Of a DNA stretch of 64,000 bases, positions 17,845-28,042 are shown one piece after another; the first letter of the stretch is position 1, and every line of letters starts with the position of its first letter. This stretch comes from Promethearchaeota archaeon (GTDB lineage: Archaea > Asgardarchaeota > Lokiarchaeia > Sigyniarchaeales > SOKP01): assembly GCA_048941265.1 (NCBI GenBank), contig JBHLNT010000001.1:1-64000 (forward strand), read 5' to 3'. The position numbers and the translations under genes were made by a program. The notes under the pieces were generated by a model. It saw only the letters and a list, made by a program, of their open reading frames with translations, did no database searches and was not told where the DNA came from.

Positions 17845-19917
17845 ATGGAAAATAAAAGCTATGAAAATGTTGAAGAAAAGCGAGATTATCCTCTAATAAT
17901 TTCATTTATCGCTCTATGGGATGATGAACTTGGTCCAAAAATTATTGACATTTATCCTAAATCAAATATAGGAGACCCTGAAAAATTAGCAATCCAGATT
18001 TTTACACTATATCAACTCTTTTGGGAATCACCTGATTCTATATATCAGAGAACTGATTTTATTGTTCCGATTTTAAATTTAAATAAACTTGCTAAAGTGT
18101 TTCTTGATGTTATCCCTAATGTTGAGATACGGGGAGGTTTTCAACCATTTATAATCGTGATTCTTGTTCCCGATTATTTTACTGAAGAAATATTGAATAC
18201 CAGTAATGAAATATTAACAAAAATTTCCCTTGAATTTTCAAAAAATCGAGTTATAACCCTTAAGAATTATTATAATGAAATAATTCAAATTTTAACCTTT
18301 AAATTAATGATAAAAGAGCCTTCTTTTGAGATTGATATAAACTATTCATATACAGCGGCTATGGAAGATTTTCAAGCAGGTGTTAAATTGTTTCAATCAC
18401 AGAATTATGATCAAGCATATTCGATTCTGAGGAAAGTTCTTTTAAAATTTGAGCAGGAGCAACATAAACATTTAATTATGGAGGCTCTGTACATTATTGC
18501 ATCAATATTAACTCAACAAAAAAAGTTCAATAAAGCAAATAAATATTTTAGACAGTTAGAGACTCAAGCTATCGAATTAAATCATGAAAGATATATTGAA
18601 CTAGCTAATTTTATGATAGGATTTAATGCTTATAAAGGTGAAGATTTTGCAACTGCAAGGAAAAGACTCGAAAATATAAATATCTCAAAATCAGCATTCA
18701 TCAATAAGTTACAATATTACACAATTTACTCAAGGATTTTACAATATTATGAAAATTATGATGATGCTTTACAAAATTTATTAAAAGCTCTAAAATCAAC
18801 AATCGATATGAAGAAATCTGACAAAAAAATGAATCTTCAATTTCAAATCCTATATGAAATTGGTAGTATTTATTACAAAATTGCTGTTGAAAATTTTAAA
18901 AATTCAGGGATTTATAAAAAGGAAGATTATTACACATTTTTAAATGAAGCTTTAAATTATTTAAAAAGAAGTTCTCAAATTTTAGTTGAATTAAATGACG
19001 TTAATAAAGTAATTTATGTTTTCCAGCTAATTGGTGATCTATATGAATCAATGGGTGAAAAAAATAAATCTCTTGAGTTCTATAATAAAGCATTGGATTA
19101 TTCTATTAGAAATCGTTTTTTTCAGAAAGAAGTTAAAATTCTAAAAAGAATAATTCAAAAACAAAATGAGCTGGAAATGCATGAAAAGAATATTGATTTG
19201 CTCAAAAATTTCTTTTCGAACGAAATTGAATATAAATTCATTGATCTATATACAATCGCAATTTTTCATAATTACTTAGGTAGTTCTTTTTTAGCTCTTA
19301 GTGAAAAAAATAAGGGATTATTAGAATTAATAAGAACACATGAAATTTTAAAAAGTTTTAAAATTCCAGTTCAAGAAGATTTAGAAGTTTTACAACAAAT
19401 AATCGAATTATATGAGGAACGTAATGAAAATGATAAGATTTCTTATTATATGAACGAGTTCGATGTGCTATCCAGTAAAATTGAGGATTTTTCGCTTATA
19501 AGCTCTAAAACCTATAGTCCTTTAGGACCAGTCAAGGAGATTTGGATTTATTCAACAACGACTGGTGTAGGATTATTTAGTTATGTCCCCGAATCTACTG
19601 TTGATATAGACCTATTAGGAGGACTTTTAACGGCTATGCAACAATTTAGTTTGCAATTAAGTCAAAAGGAACTTCAAAATATGGTCATTGGAGAAGATCG
19701 TTATATGATTTATAAGGAAAGCAGCTATGATTTCTTTATTCTAGGTCGTACTAATGCAAACGTTCCAATTGAAATGGCAATAAAGATATTATCAATAATT
19801 TATAGAAGGTTCTGGAAGGAATATACTCAAGAAGTTAAAGAATTTACCGGAAATGTCAGCCACTTTAGAGGTTTTATTAAAATCATTGAAGCTTTTGATT
19901 TCACTTTAGAAATATAG
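17845..19917 (+). CDS. uDENN-type longin + TPR + longin domain protein, paralog of 15785
   Basis: FIALWDDELGPKIIDIYP; TPR helices; KEIWIYSTTTGVGLFSY...LLGGLLTAMQQFS. Confidence 0.72.
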   Translation: MENKSYENVEEKRDYPLIISFIALWDDELGPKIIDIYPKSNIGDPEKLAIQIFTLYQLFWESPDSIYQRTDFIVPILNLNKLAKVFLDVIPNVEIRGGFQPFIIVILVPDYFTEEILNTSNEILTKISLEFSKNRVITLKNYYNEIIQILTFKLMIKEPSFEIDINYSYTAAMEDFQAGVKLFQSQNYDQAYSILRKVLLKFEQEQHKHLIMEALYIIASILTQQKKFNKANKYFRQLETQAIELNHERYIELANFMIGFNAYKGEDFATARKRLENINISKSAFINKLQYYTIYSRILQYYENYDDALQNLLKALKSTIDMKKSDKKMNLQFQILYEIGSIYYKIAVENFKNSGIYKKEDYYTFLNEALNYLKRSSQILVELNDVNKVIYVFQLIGDLYESMGEKNKSLEFYNKALDYSIRNRFFQKEVKILKRIIQKQNELEMHEKNIDLLKNFFSNEIEYKFIDLYTIAIFHNYLGSSFLALSEKNKGLLELIRTHEILKSFKIPVQEDLEVLQQIIELYEERNENDKISYYMNEFDVLSSKIEDFSLISSKTYSPLGPVKEIWIYSTTTGVGLFSYVPESTVDIDLLGGLLTAMQQFSLQLSQKELQNMVIGEDRYMIYKESSYDFFILGRTNANVPIEMAIKILSIIYRRFWKEYTQEVKEFTGNVSHFRGFIKIIEAFDFTLEI

Positions 19918-20022
19918 AATATTAAAAATTAAAACTCGGTGACATAATTGTTGCATTATAAGTTAAAATTAAAAATAAAGGAAAAAAAATTAAATTAAAT
20001 TTTGAGTTCGCTTTCAAATGAA

Positions 20023-20352
20023 TTATAATAATCCAACAATTCCCGCAACAAAAATTAAAATACCTGCAATTAGTCCAATCCAGCCAAAAGTCAAATAACC
20101 TATTATGCAACCGACTATGCCCATTACCAATATAAATAAAGCGGTAAAAGGTATTCCCCGCTTCCGTGATCCAAATAAACTTATCAATACAATTATTCCA
20201 ACAAGTAAATCTAGAAGACCATATACTATACCAATGAGACTAGGTGTGATAAAATGTATAAGTGCTAGAATGATAAAAATAACTGCACCGACTCCAGCTA
20301 ATAACTTGACTAAAGCAACATTTGATACATCTCCACTTCCCATATATATCAA
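20023..20352 (-). CDS. Small Gly-rich membrane protein (about 4 TM)
   Basis: Almost entirely hydrophobic. The likely start is the ATG at 20343, downstream of an AGGT motif. Confidence 0.7.
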   Translation of the reverse strand: MIYMGSGDVSNVALVKLLAGVGAVIFIILALIHFITPSLIGIVYGLLDLLVGIIVLISLFGSRKRGIPFTALFILVMGIVGCIIGYLTFGWIGLIAGILIFVAGIVGLL

Positions 20353-20463
20353 CCTGATTAATTTATTTTAAATGTTTTTTAATATATGAATTGTAATTAT
20401 CAATATTACTCAATAATTTAAAAATATATTATTTTAACTTTTTTACTCATTTGTGAATTATTT

Positions 20464-21036
20464 TTATTGTTTCCAGTCTTTTTTTAAAAAACATAAGGTT
20501 AAGGCGTCAAGAAATTTCCCATTCAAATTCAAGTATTGGCTCAATGTACCCTCTTGTAAAAATCCACATTTTTTAAAAAGGTTTATCGATTTGTTATTGT
20601 TAATAGCTATATGTGCTTCAAGTCTGTTTAATTTCAAATGAGTAAAACAGATTGTTTTAATTAAGTTTAAAGCTTTGTTCGCAAATCCTTGATTCCAATA
20701 TTTTGAGTTGATCCAAATCCCTATTTCTGCCCTCTTATGAAGCCAACTAATCCCCCATATACTTATAGAACCAACTTTTTTAATATGTTTACCTTTTTGA
20801 TTATGTTCTCTTATTTCAATTATATAATTAAATTGAAAATTTTTATTCCAGTAATCTATATAATTCTTAGTTAACTTTTTAGCATGATCTCGGGAGATAA
20901 GAGGACCCAGTGATAAATATTTAGTTAAAGTCTTTGCTTTTAGACTTTCATAAATGAAATCTGTATCCTTAATAGAAATTTTTCTGAGATAAAAATTTTT
21001 ATCGTTAATTTCTTCGACTATATCAACATTCTGCAT
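20464..21036 (-). CDS. RimJ/RimL-type GNAT acetyltransferase
   Basis: RAEIGIWINSKYWNQGFA, LKLNRLEA, NNKSINLFKKCGFLQEG. Confidence 0.88.
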   Translation of the reverse strand: MQNVDIVEEINDKNFYLRKISIKDTDFIYESLKAKTLTKYLSLGPLISRDHAKKLTKNYIDYWNKNFQFNYIIEIREHNQKGKHIKKVGSISIWGISWLHKRAEIGIWINSKYWNQGFANKALNLIKTICFTHLKLNRLEAHIAINNNKSINLFKKCGFLQEGTLSQYLNLNGKFLDALTLCFLKKDWKQ

Positions 21037-21161
21037 CTGATAATTCTATAAAAATAGTTGTATATATTCCTTTTTATAACGATATATCCAAAAAAATACA
21101 ATGACTATAAATTAAAAAATATAAAAAAATTTAAATGAAATTACAATTGGATTTATAAAAA

Positions 21162-22115
21162 TTAAAGTCCTTTAAAGTGAGGCGTGTCTTTTACTCTTTT
21201 ACTTCCCCCACAATTTTTACATACGCTTCCATCTTCCATTTTTCCTTTGCCACCACAAACAGGACATCTTACTCTCCTATTGAATGCAGAAACACCCTCT
21301 TTTGAATCAAAGCTTGCACTATTAATTCCAAAACCCATTTGTTCCATCATGAGTCCCAATTGAATATATCTAGTTCCGAACTTAACACATTTCTTTATAA
21401 TAAATAATGCGGTTGTTGGGTTATCACCAAGCCATTTTGCTTTCTCATGGATCAGTTTTTCAAATTCATCGCCAGCAGGTGCCATCCAATTTACTAAGCC
21501 CCATTCAAGCATTGTTTTCGCATCAAATTGTTCTCCAAAATAAGCAACTTGCATGGCTCTATTGACTCCTATCCTCTCTGCAAGTCTGGTAATACCTCCA
21601 TTTGCAGGGAAAATGCCACGATGGATCTCTGGTGTTCCAAAAATAGCCCTATCACTGGCGAGTACAATATCACATGTTAAAACTAATTCAAGTCCACCCC
21701 CTAAAGCAAATCCATCAACAGCAGCAATTAAAGGCTTAGAAAATTGTTCAAGCTCATCATAATCCCGATGTCTTATTCTCATTGCGATACTCATATGCAT
21801 TGGAACATTCATTCTTAGTCTTCTATCCACCATTGCACTAAGGTCAGCTCCGGCGGAAAAAGCGGGTTTTTTCGTAATTTCTTTAGTACCTCGTAAAACT
21901 ACTGCTCTGATGGATTCATCAAGTTCCATAATTCTAAGAGCTCGAGAAATTTCATTGACAGTTTGTTCAGTTAAGGCATTCAATCTATCTGGTCTATTAA
22001 TAGAAATAACAGCATAATTTCCATCAATAGTCCCTTCTCTTATTACATTACCTTTCTCATCAACTGCAGTAGGCAATTCTATTTTAAGATGTTCAAATCC
22101 TTCATATTCAGACAT
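21162..22115 (-). CDS. Enoyl-CoA hydratase/isomerase (crotonase) family protein with a C-terminal CxxCxGxG zinc-finger insert
   Basis: INRPDRLNAL, AFSAGADL, KPLIAAVDGFALGGGLELVLTCD, FGTPEIHRGIFP; CPVCGGKG...CKNCGGS near the end. Confidence 0.9.
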   Translation of the reverse strand: MSEYEGFEHLKIELPTAVDEKGNVIREGTIDGNYAVISINRPDRLNALTEQTVNEISRALRIMELDESIRAVVLRGTKEITKKPAFSAGADLSAMVDRRLRMNVPMHMSIAMRIRHRDYDELEQFSKPLIAAVDGFALGGGLELVLTCDIVLASDRAIFGTPEIHRGIFPANGGITRLAERIGVNRAMQVAYFGEQFDAKTMLEWGLVNWMAPAGDEFEKLIHEKAKWLGDNPTTALFIIKKCVKFGTRYIQLGLMMEQMGFGINSASFDSKEGVSAFNRRVRCPVCGGKGKMEDGSVCKNCGGSKRVKDTPHFKGL

Positions 22116-22749
22116 ATTTAAGTAACCTTTCTCAAATTTTATTTGGTTTTTAATTTTTTAATTATACAACATCAAATTTTGAATAATTAGTAATATTTTT
22201 GGTATAATTAAAAATTTTCAAATTTTTAATGACTTGTTTGACCCCAATACTTTTTTTTATTGTAATTTACGCAGAGATGCACATTTTCTAATATTTTAAA
22301 TTTAAGTAGAAAACTTAATCCATGAATTTCAATCCAGTTAACACTTAATTTTTCTAATAAATAAGCTTTTGAAATGAGAAAATGTGAGTTTTCAGCTACT
22401 TTTAAATAAAAAGAAAAATCAAAATGAAATATAATTTAATTTTTTTTATCTACACTTTAAAATTAGCCTATCTATAGATTATAGCACTAATTTAATTAAT
22501 AGATAAATAAATATGGGAATAAATCTATACAGATTTATAATAGAACTTTAATTCTTCAATGCACACATCCTTTATCGGATCATTTCCCTAAACATTTATC
22601 TCAATTGAGAATATCTTTTTTTTATTAAATTCTTATTTTATTTTTAGTTAAATTATTTAATCATAGAGCAATAATTAATTAATATTCATTTTACGACCTT
22701 TAAAGTAAAAAAATTTCAAAAATTTAAAAAAGAGAGATGGCATTGATAT

Positions 22750-25161
22750 ATGAATGATATCCAATTATTTGAGACATTTCATGGTAAAATAGCAGATCTT
22801 TTTCGTCCTGAGAACTATTTCACTTTTTTAGCTGGAGCTGGAATTTCCATGGATGCTCCAACAAATATGCCCTCTGCAAGAGAAATTGTGAAATCGTTAT
22901 TGGGATTTTGTGGTCCTCCTGATGAACTAGAAAATATATTATCTCTTGATTTGTTGAGATATGAGCTTGTTGTTGAAAAAATACAGAGTATTTTCGATGA
23001 AGAGTTAAAATTCATGGACTATTTAGAACTTATTACCTCTCCAAATATCATCCATTTGTTCTTAGCCCATCTTATTAAAAAAGGACATTATGTTATCACG
23101 ACGAATTTTGATTACTTAATTGAACATGCGTTAATTAATGTCCTTCCAAAAAATCAACATTTTAGCATTTATCCTATTATTACAAAAGAAGATTTTCTTT
23201 CATTTCGGGAACCGAGAAGGTTAATAGAAACAGAAAAATATCCCATATTCAAAATTCATGGTTCAAAACGTAATATAATCACTGGAGAGTCGACTCATGA
23301 ATCGTTAATAACAACCATTAGCGCATTAGGACGAGAGCGGGAAGAAGGAGAGACGTTTGCCATAGAACCCTATAAAAAACCAGCAATTTATAATCTAATG
23401 AAAGATCGTACGCTAGTGATAATGGGGTATTCTGGGAGTGATGATTTTGATATTGGTCCTATGTTAAAAGAATTACCGTTTCTTTCAAGATTAATTTGGA
23501 TTGAACATTCGTTTGATGATCAGATAAAAATAATGAAAGTTAATAAGACAAATAATTTAACTTCGAAAGCGCATCTTTCTCACTCTGAGCGTCTTTTAGC
23601 TGAAATTAGCGTAAGTGGAGATTTTGACGTCTTTTTAATAAAAAGTAATACTGCAAATATTATTAAAAACGAATTATGGAAGATTCTATTATCTAATATT
23701 TCTATAAATCATTTAAAATTAACAGAATCAGTAAAAAAGATCCCCGTTTTCCATGAATGGGTCAAAATACTATATCAAGACTTACCTTTAGCTGAAAAAT
23801 ATAACCTTGCATGCCAAATATTTTACTTTTTAAAACAAATTGATGCAACAGTTAGGTGTTCAGAAAAAGGTAAAAGTTTGGCTGAATCTGTCAATGATAT
23901 AGCAAGTAAATCTATTTTTCTCAATTTTTTAGGAATGGTTAATCTTATAAGAGGAGATTATAACAAAGCTTTAGAAAATTACAATGAATCACTTCTGATT
24001 GATGAAAAGCTAGAAAATTTATCTGGAAAAACGACAGATTTAAACAATATAGGATCAGTATATCTAACGTTAGGTAAATATGATGAGGCTCTTGAAAAAT
24101 ATGAAAATGCCTTAAAGATAAGTAATCAAATTGGTGATCTTTCAGGAATGACAGCAGATTTGAACAACATTGGCAGGATTTATGAAATACGAGGGGAATA
24201 TGATTTAGCACTTAAGCGATATGAGGAAGCTTTACGTAATTCTGAACAGTTAGGAGATCTTGGCTTAAAATCAACACTTCTTAATAATATAGGAATGATA
24301 CATGGAGCACGTGCAAATTTTGATAAAGCACTTAAGAATTATGAGGAAGCTCTCCATATTGTAGATCAATTAGGGGATCTTTATGGAAAAATTATTTTAC
24401 TCAATAATATTGGCAGGATTTATGATGAACATCAAAATTATGATGCTGCTATGGAAAAATATGAGGAAACTATTTTAATCGCAGAGCAACTGGGCGACCT
24501 CGCAAAGAAAGCAGGATGTCTCAATAATGTTGGTTCAGTCTATCGTGCTAAAGGTAATCTTGAGGAAGCAATCAAGAAATATGAAGAAGCATTACAAATT
24601 GAAGAAAGATTAGGAGATCCCTTAATGAAGATCATCTATCTTAATAATATCGGAATGATTTATGCTTCACGTGGTGAATTTAATAATGCTTTAGAGAAAT
24701 ATAAAATCGGATTGACCATAGCAGAAGAAATTGGTGATTTCTCGAAAGTTGCTTTACTTTCAACTAAAATTGGTTCAATATATTTACAAATGGAAGATAT
24801 TACAGTTGCGCTTGAAAATTATGAAAATGCCGTTAAACTTTACGAGCAAGCGGGAGATTTAGCTAATAAGGCAGCAAGTCTCAGTAATTTAGGAAAAATA
24901 TTTGAAATACAAAATAACTATGAGAAGGCTCTCGATATATATAAAGAAACTCTCCAAATTGATGATCAAATTGGAGATTCAATGAGTAAAGCGAGTGATC
25001 TTAATAATATTGGCAAAATTTATGAGTTCCAAGGCAGATTTAATGAAGCTGTAAAAATTTATGAAGAAATTTTAGAAATTCTCCAGCAAAAAGGACAAGA
25101 AGACTATATAGAAATGTTTAAGGAGAAAATAGAACAATTGAAAGAAAAACTAAAAGAATAG
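22750..25161 (+). CDS. SIR2-like domain + TPR-repeat protein
   Basis: FLAGAGIS, ITTNFD, KIHGS, VIMGYSGSDDFDI, then about ten 40-aa repeats of the form GDxxxKxxxLNNIGxIY...A..YEEAL. Confidence 0.9.
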   Translation: MNDIQLFETFHGKIADLFRPENYFTFLAGAGISMDAPTNMPSAREIVKSLLGFCGPPDELENILSLDLLRYELVVEKIQSIFDEELKFMDYLELITSPNIIHLFLAHLIKKGHYVITTNFDYLIEHALINVLPKNQHFSIYPIITKEDFLSFREPRRLIETEKYPIFKIHGSKRNIITGESTHESLITTISALGREREEGETFAIEPYKKPAIYNLMKDRTLVIMGYSGSDDFDIGPMLKELPFLSRLIWIEHSFDDQIKIMKVNKTNNLTSKAHLSHSERLLAEISVSGDFDVFLIKSNTANIIKNELWKILLSNISINHLKLTESVKKIPVFHEWVKILYQDLPLAEKYNLACQIFYFLKQIDATVRCSEKGKSLAESVNDIASKSIFLNFLGMVNLIRGDYNKALENYNESLLIDEKLENLSGKTTDLNNIGSVYLTLGKYDEALEKYENALKISNQIGDLSGMTADLNNIGRIYEIRGEYDLALKRYEEALRNSEQLGDLGLKSTLLNNIGMIHGARANFDKALKNYEEALHIVDQLGDLYGKIILLNNIGRIYDEHQNYDAAMEKYEETILIAEQLGDLAKKAGCLNNVGSVYRAKGNLEEAIKKYEEALQIEERLGDPLMKIIYLNNIGMIYASRGEFNNALEKYKIGLTIAEEIGDFSKVALLSTKIGSIYLQMEDITVALENYENAVKLYEQAGDLANKAASLSNLGKIFEIQNNYEKALDIYKETLQIDDQIGDSMSKASDLNNIGKIYEFQGRFNEAVKIYEEILEILQQKGQEDYIEMFKEKIEQLKEKLKE

Positions 25162-25195
25162 AGTAAATTTAAATTAATCATAGACAAAAGTATAG

Positions 25196-25741
25196 CTAAT
25201 TTGAATAACTCTCAATTACATTTTCAAAATCTTTATATTCTGGTAACTCGGTCAAAACGATTCCAATATGTTTTAAATTCTTGTTTTTTTGTAATAAGTA
25301 TTTTTTTATCGTAGGAATCATAACATTGGCACAAATTTTTGCATTAAAACCCAAATTCTCTAGAGAAACTGGACTAAACGCAATAGATTTTAACCCAGCC
25401 TCATCTGCTAAAGTTAATGAATTCCAAGTACACAACATAATTTTCTTTCCTTCTTTTCCTTGGCCTAATTGCGGACCAACTGTATGAATAATGTGCTTTG
25501 ATTTCAGGTTTCCTGCTGAAGTTATTACTGCTGCACCCACTCCAATAATACCAACTTTATTAATTATTTTATTACATTCCATCTGTACATTAGCTCCGGC
25601 CTCTCGCAATACTTCACATCTTAATTTACCACTTGGGAGGAGTCTGGTATTTGAAGGGATTACAATTGCATCAAAATCAACATTTCTAATATCTTTAACT
25701 AAGATTTCCACGATAGTATTATTCACTGTAATTTTATTCAT
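25196..25741 (-). CDS. Macro domain protein with degenerate ADP-ribose-binding loops
   Basis: DI...DAIV, GAAVITSAGNLKSKHIIHTVGP, LKSIAF. The canonical NAAN..GGGV is replaced by IPSN..PSGKL. Confidence 0.85.
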   Translation of the reverse strand: MNKITVNNTIVEILVKDIRNVDFDAIVIPSNTRLLPSGKLRCEVLREAGANVQMECNKIINKVGIIGVGAAVITSAGNLKSKHIIHTVGPQLGQGKEGKKIMLCTWNSLTLADEAGLKSIAFSPVSLENLGFNAKICANVMIPTIKKYLLQKNKNLKHIGIVLTELPEYKDFENVIESYSN

Positions 25742-25887
25742 GAATTATCCCTATAAAAAAAGTAAAAAATTTAAATCAATAATAAAAAATTTTCTTTAAA
25801 AATTTATCTTGAAGGAAAAAATTGATTATAAACTGAAATTTTAAAGGATCATTATAGAGAGAAAATGCTAGTTTTAATTATTAATCC

Positions 25888-26805
25888 TTAAGGTAAGTAT
25901 TCATCAATATTATCTGGAGAAATTAATATTTCAGATATTGCTTGAGAAAGCTCAATTTTAGGAATTTCTTTTTTATGCGCCAATTTATGAGCGAGAATTT
26001 GATATTTCTTCTGGATTTGTGATTTTGCCATATTTTTAAGTTTTGCACTAAAGGAATATAAATTTGAGTATGCGCTATTATAATCTTTATATTTTAAAGC
26101 TTCTTTTGTTAATTTTAAATAATATGATAACTTAATCTTTCTATTTTTTATTTCATTGCTTAATCTTTCTGTCTCTTTTTGGAATTTAATAAATTCATCT
26201 TTCTCATTAAGTTTTTCTAAAATCTTCATTAGACTTTCTAGAAGAATAAGTTTATTTATGTAATTATCCTCATTTTGCATCTTTATAATGATTTTTTCCT
26301 TTTGTTTCACCAGATTATCACGCAATTTTGTTGAGATTGCTCCCTTTTGAGTCCATATAGATTTAAAGACATCATCTTTATTCTCTAATATTTTAGCATC
26401 AACTGTTTTTTTACTTGTGAGGATTAGATTATTTATTTGTTCATCAAACTTTTTGAATAAATCTAAATTATTATCCGTTTTAAGAAATATTTCTTTATTT
26501 TCCCTAATAATTTCTATTATAGGAGGGAAAATTTTATTAGATATTTTATGATCTTCTTTATCGATAACCAGAATAACATCCAAATTAAGATCTGGGATAT
26601 TTTTTGCTTTAACATTGTAATCTCCTAAATTCACTGATTTTAATTCTTTAGAACCATCGACTAAAATTTCAGAAGTAAAACTCTTTAAGGCTCTTAAAAA
26701 GCTATAAAATATTTCCAAATTATTATCATTTAATTCTAGAAAGAAAACCTTCTCATATAAGAGAGTACCATTTTCACCATGAGTAATAAAGAATGCCTTT
26801 AACAT
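25888..26805 (-). CDS. Longin-like domain + helical C-terminal protein
   Basis: AFFITHGENGTLLYEKVF...IFYSFLRALKSFTSEI...LKSVNLGDY is the Asgard longin pattern. Confidence 0.65.
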   Translation of the reverse strand: MLKAFFITHGENGTLLYEKVFFLELNDNNLEIFYSFLRALKSFTSEILVDGSKELKSVNLGDYNVKAKNIPDLNLDVILVIDKEDHKISNKIFPPIIEIIRENKEIFLKTDNNLDLFKKFDEQINNLILTSKKTVDAKILENKDDVFKSIWTQKGAISTKLRDNLVKQKEKIIIKMQNEDNYINKLILLESLMKILEKLNEKDEFIKFQKETERLSNEIKNRKIKLSYYLKLTKEALKYKDYNSAYSNLYSFSAKLKNMAKSQIQKKYQILAHKLAHKKEIPKIELSQAISEILISPDNIDEYLP

Positions 26806-26976
26806 TCTCAGATAGCCAAAACCATTTAGATTTTTGTTAAATTATATTAACAATGTAAATTTTTAACGAGAATTATCCTATATAAATAAATCTAAAAAGT
26901 ACTATTTATTTTTACCTAAAATGATAGTAACAAGATTAATCAAAATAATATACTTGAAATGAGAAAAAAATGAGTT

Positions 26977-27489
26977 CTATTTGAATCTATTTATTTCAAT
27001 AATTTTTCTTACTAATTTTTCTACATTCTCTTCAACAATCTTTAATATTCTATTATAGTTTTCTACTCCCGTCCTATACGGATCAGGAATATTTAAGGAT
27101 TCCTCTTTTGATGCTCCATTAAATTGTTTAAGAGTAAATAATTTTCCGTCTAAAAATTTTTTCAAATCTCTAAATTTGTTTGTTATTTTTACGAGATGGT
27201 ATTTTTCCATTCCAATTATAAGATCTTGCTTTTTTAACAATTCACGTGTAATGACTTTTGGTCGAAAATTAGAGATATCAAGCCCTTTAGATTGGACATA
27301 ATTTATAGTTTCAGGTTGAGCATAATCAAACGCAATATGCCAGCCTGCTGAATCGAAATTTACATCATTTAACTCCTTTTTATATTTAGTTTGTTTTAAA
27401 CCTTTAGCAAAATACTCAGCAGCAGGAGATCTGCAAGTATTAGCATAGCAGATAAAAAGCACATTTGAAATTTTATTAGATTCACTCAT
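26977..27489 (-). CDS. Low-molecular-weight protein phosphatase (LMW-PTP family)
   Basis: VLFICYANTCRSPAAE, DSAG, NIPDPY. Confidence 0.9.
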   Translation of the reverse strand: MSESNKISNVLFICYANTCRSPAAEYFAKGLKQTKYKKELNDVNFDSAGWHIAFDYAQPETINYVQSKGLDISNFRPKVITRELLKKQDLIIGMEKYHLVKITNKFRDLKKFLDGKLFTLKQFNGASKEESLNIPDPYRTGVENYNRILKIVEENVEKLVRKIIEINRFK

Positions 27490-27514
27490 TTTTCTAACAA
27501 TTTACTTTTTAAAA

Positions 27515-28042
27515 TTAACTTACTCGATTATTAATTTGGATTATTTTTTTTACTGCCAATTCAACATACTTATTAATAATTTCGAGTATTTTTGCGTAAA
27601 AATTTGAACTTGTATAGTAGGGATCAATTATATCCAAATTTTTAACTTCTCCGCTAAATTCCTTTAATGTATATGTTTTTTTATCGATATCCTTTACATT
27701 ACCATAAGTTCTTTTAATATCTAATGAATGAGAATCTTCCATCGTTAGAATGAGATCTGCCTTTTCTAATAAAGTTCTATCTATAACCTTAGGTCTAAAG
27801 TCTGAATCGTCTATCTTCTTTGAATGAAGGTAACTCCGAGATTCAGGTTGCATATAAGAGAACGCATTAAAAAATCCAGCACTATCAAAAGTTACATCTT
27901 TAAGGTCTTCCTTAAATTGTTCTTTTAAACCTTTAGCTAAATATTCAGCGACGGGACTTCTTGCGGTATTACCCATACAAATAAAGAGTACTTTCAAAAT
28001 CTTTTTTTTAATTATTTTCCTCAACTTTTTTATTAATTTCAA
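27515..28042 (-). CDS. Low-molecular-weight protein phosphatase (LMW-PTP family)
   Basis: VLFICMGNTARSPVAE, DSAG, DIIDPY. The true start is probably the TTG at 27997, which avoids overlap with the upstream paralog. Confidence 0.88.
   Translation of the reverse strand: MKLIKKLRKIIKKKILKVLFICMGNTARSPVAEYLAKGLKEQFKEDLKDVTFDSAGFFNAFSYMQPESRSYLHSKKIDDSDFRPKVIDRTLLEKADLILTMEDSHSLDIKRTYGNVKDIDKKTYTLKEFSGEVKNLDIIDPYYTSSNFYAKILEIINKYVELAVKKIIQINNRVS

Noticed and set aside
23900-25100. DNA-level periodic repeats (aataatattgg…)
   Set aside because: Explained by the 40-aa TPR repeats of the SIR2-TPR protein.
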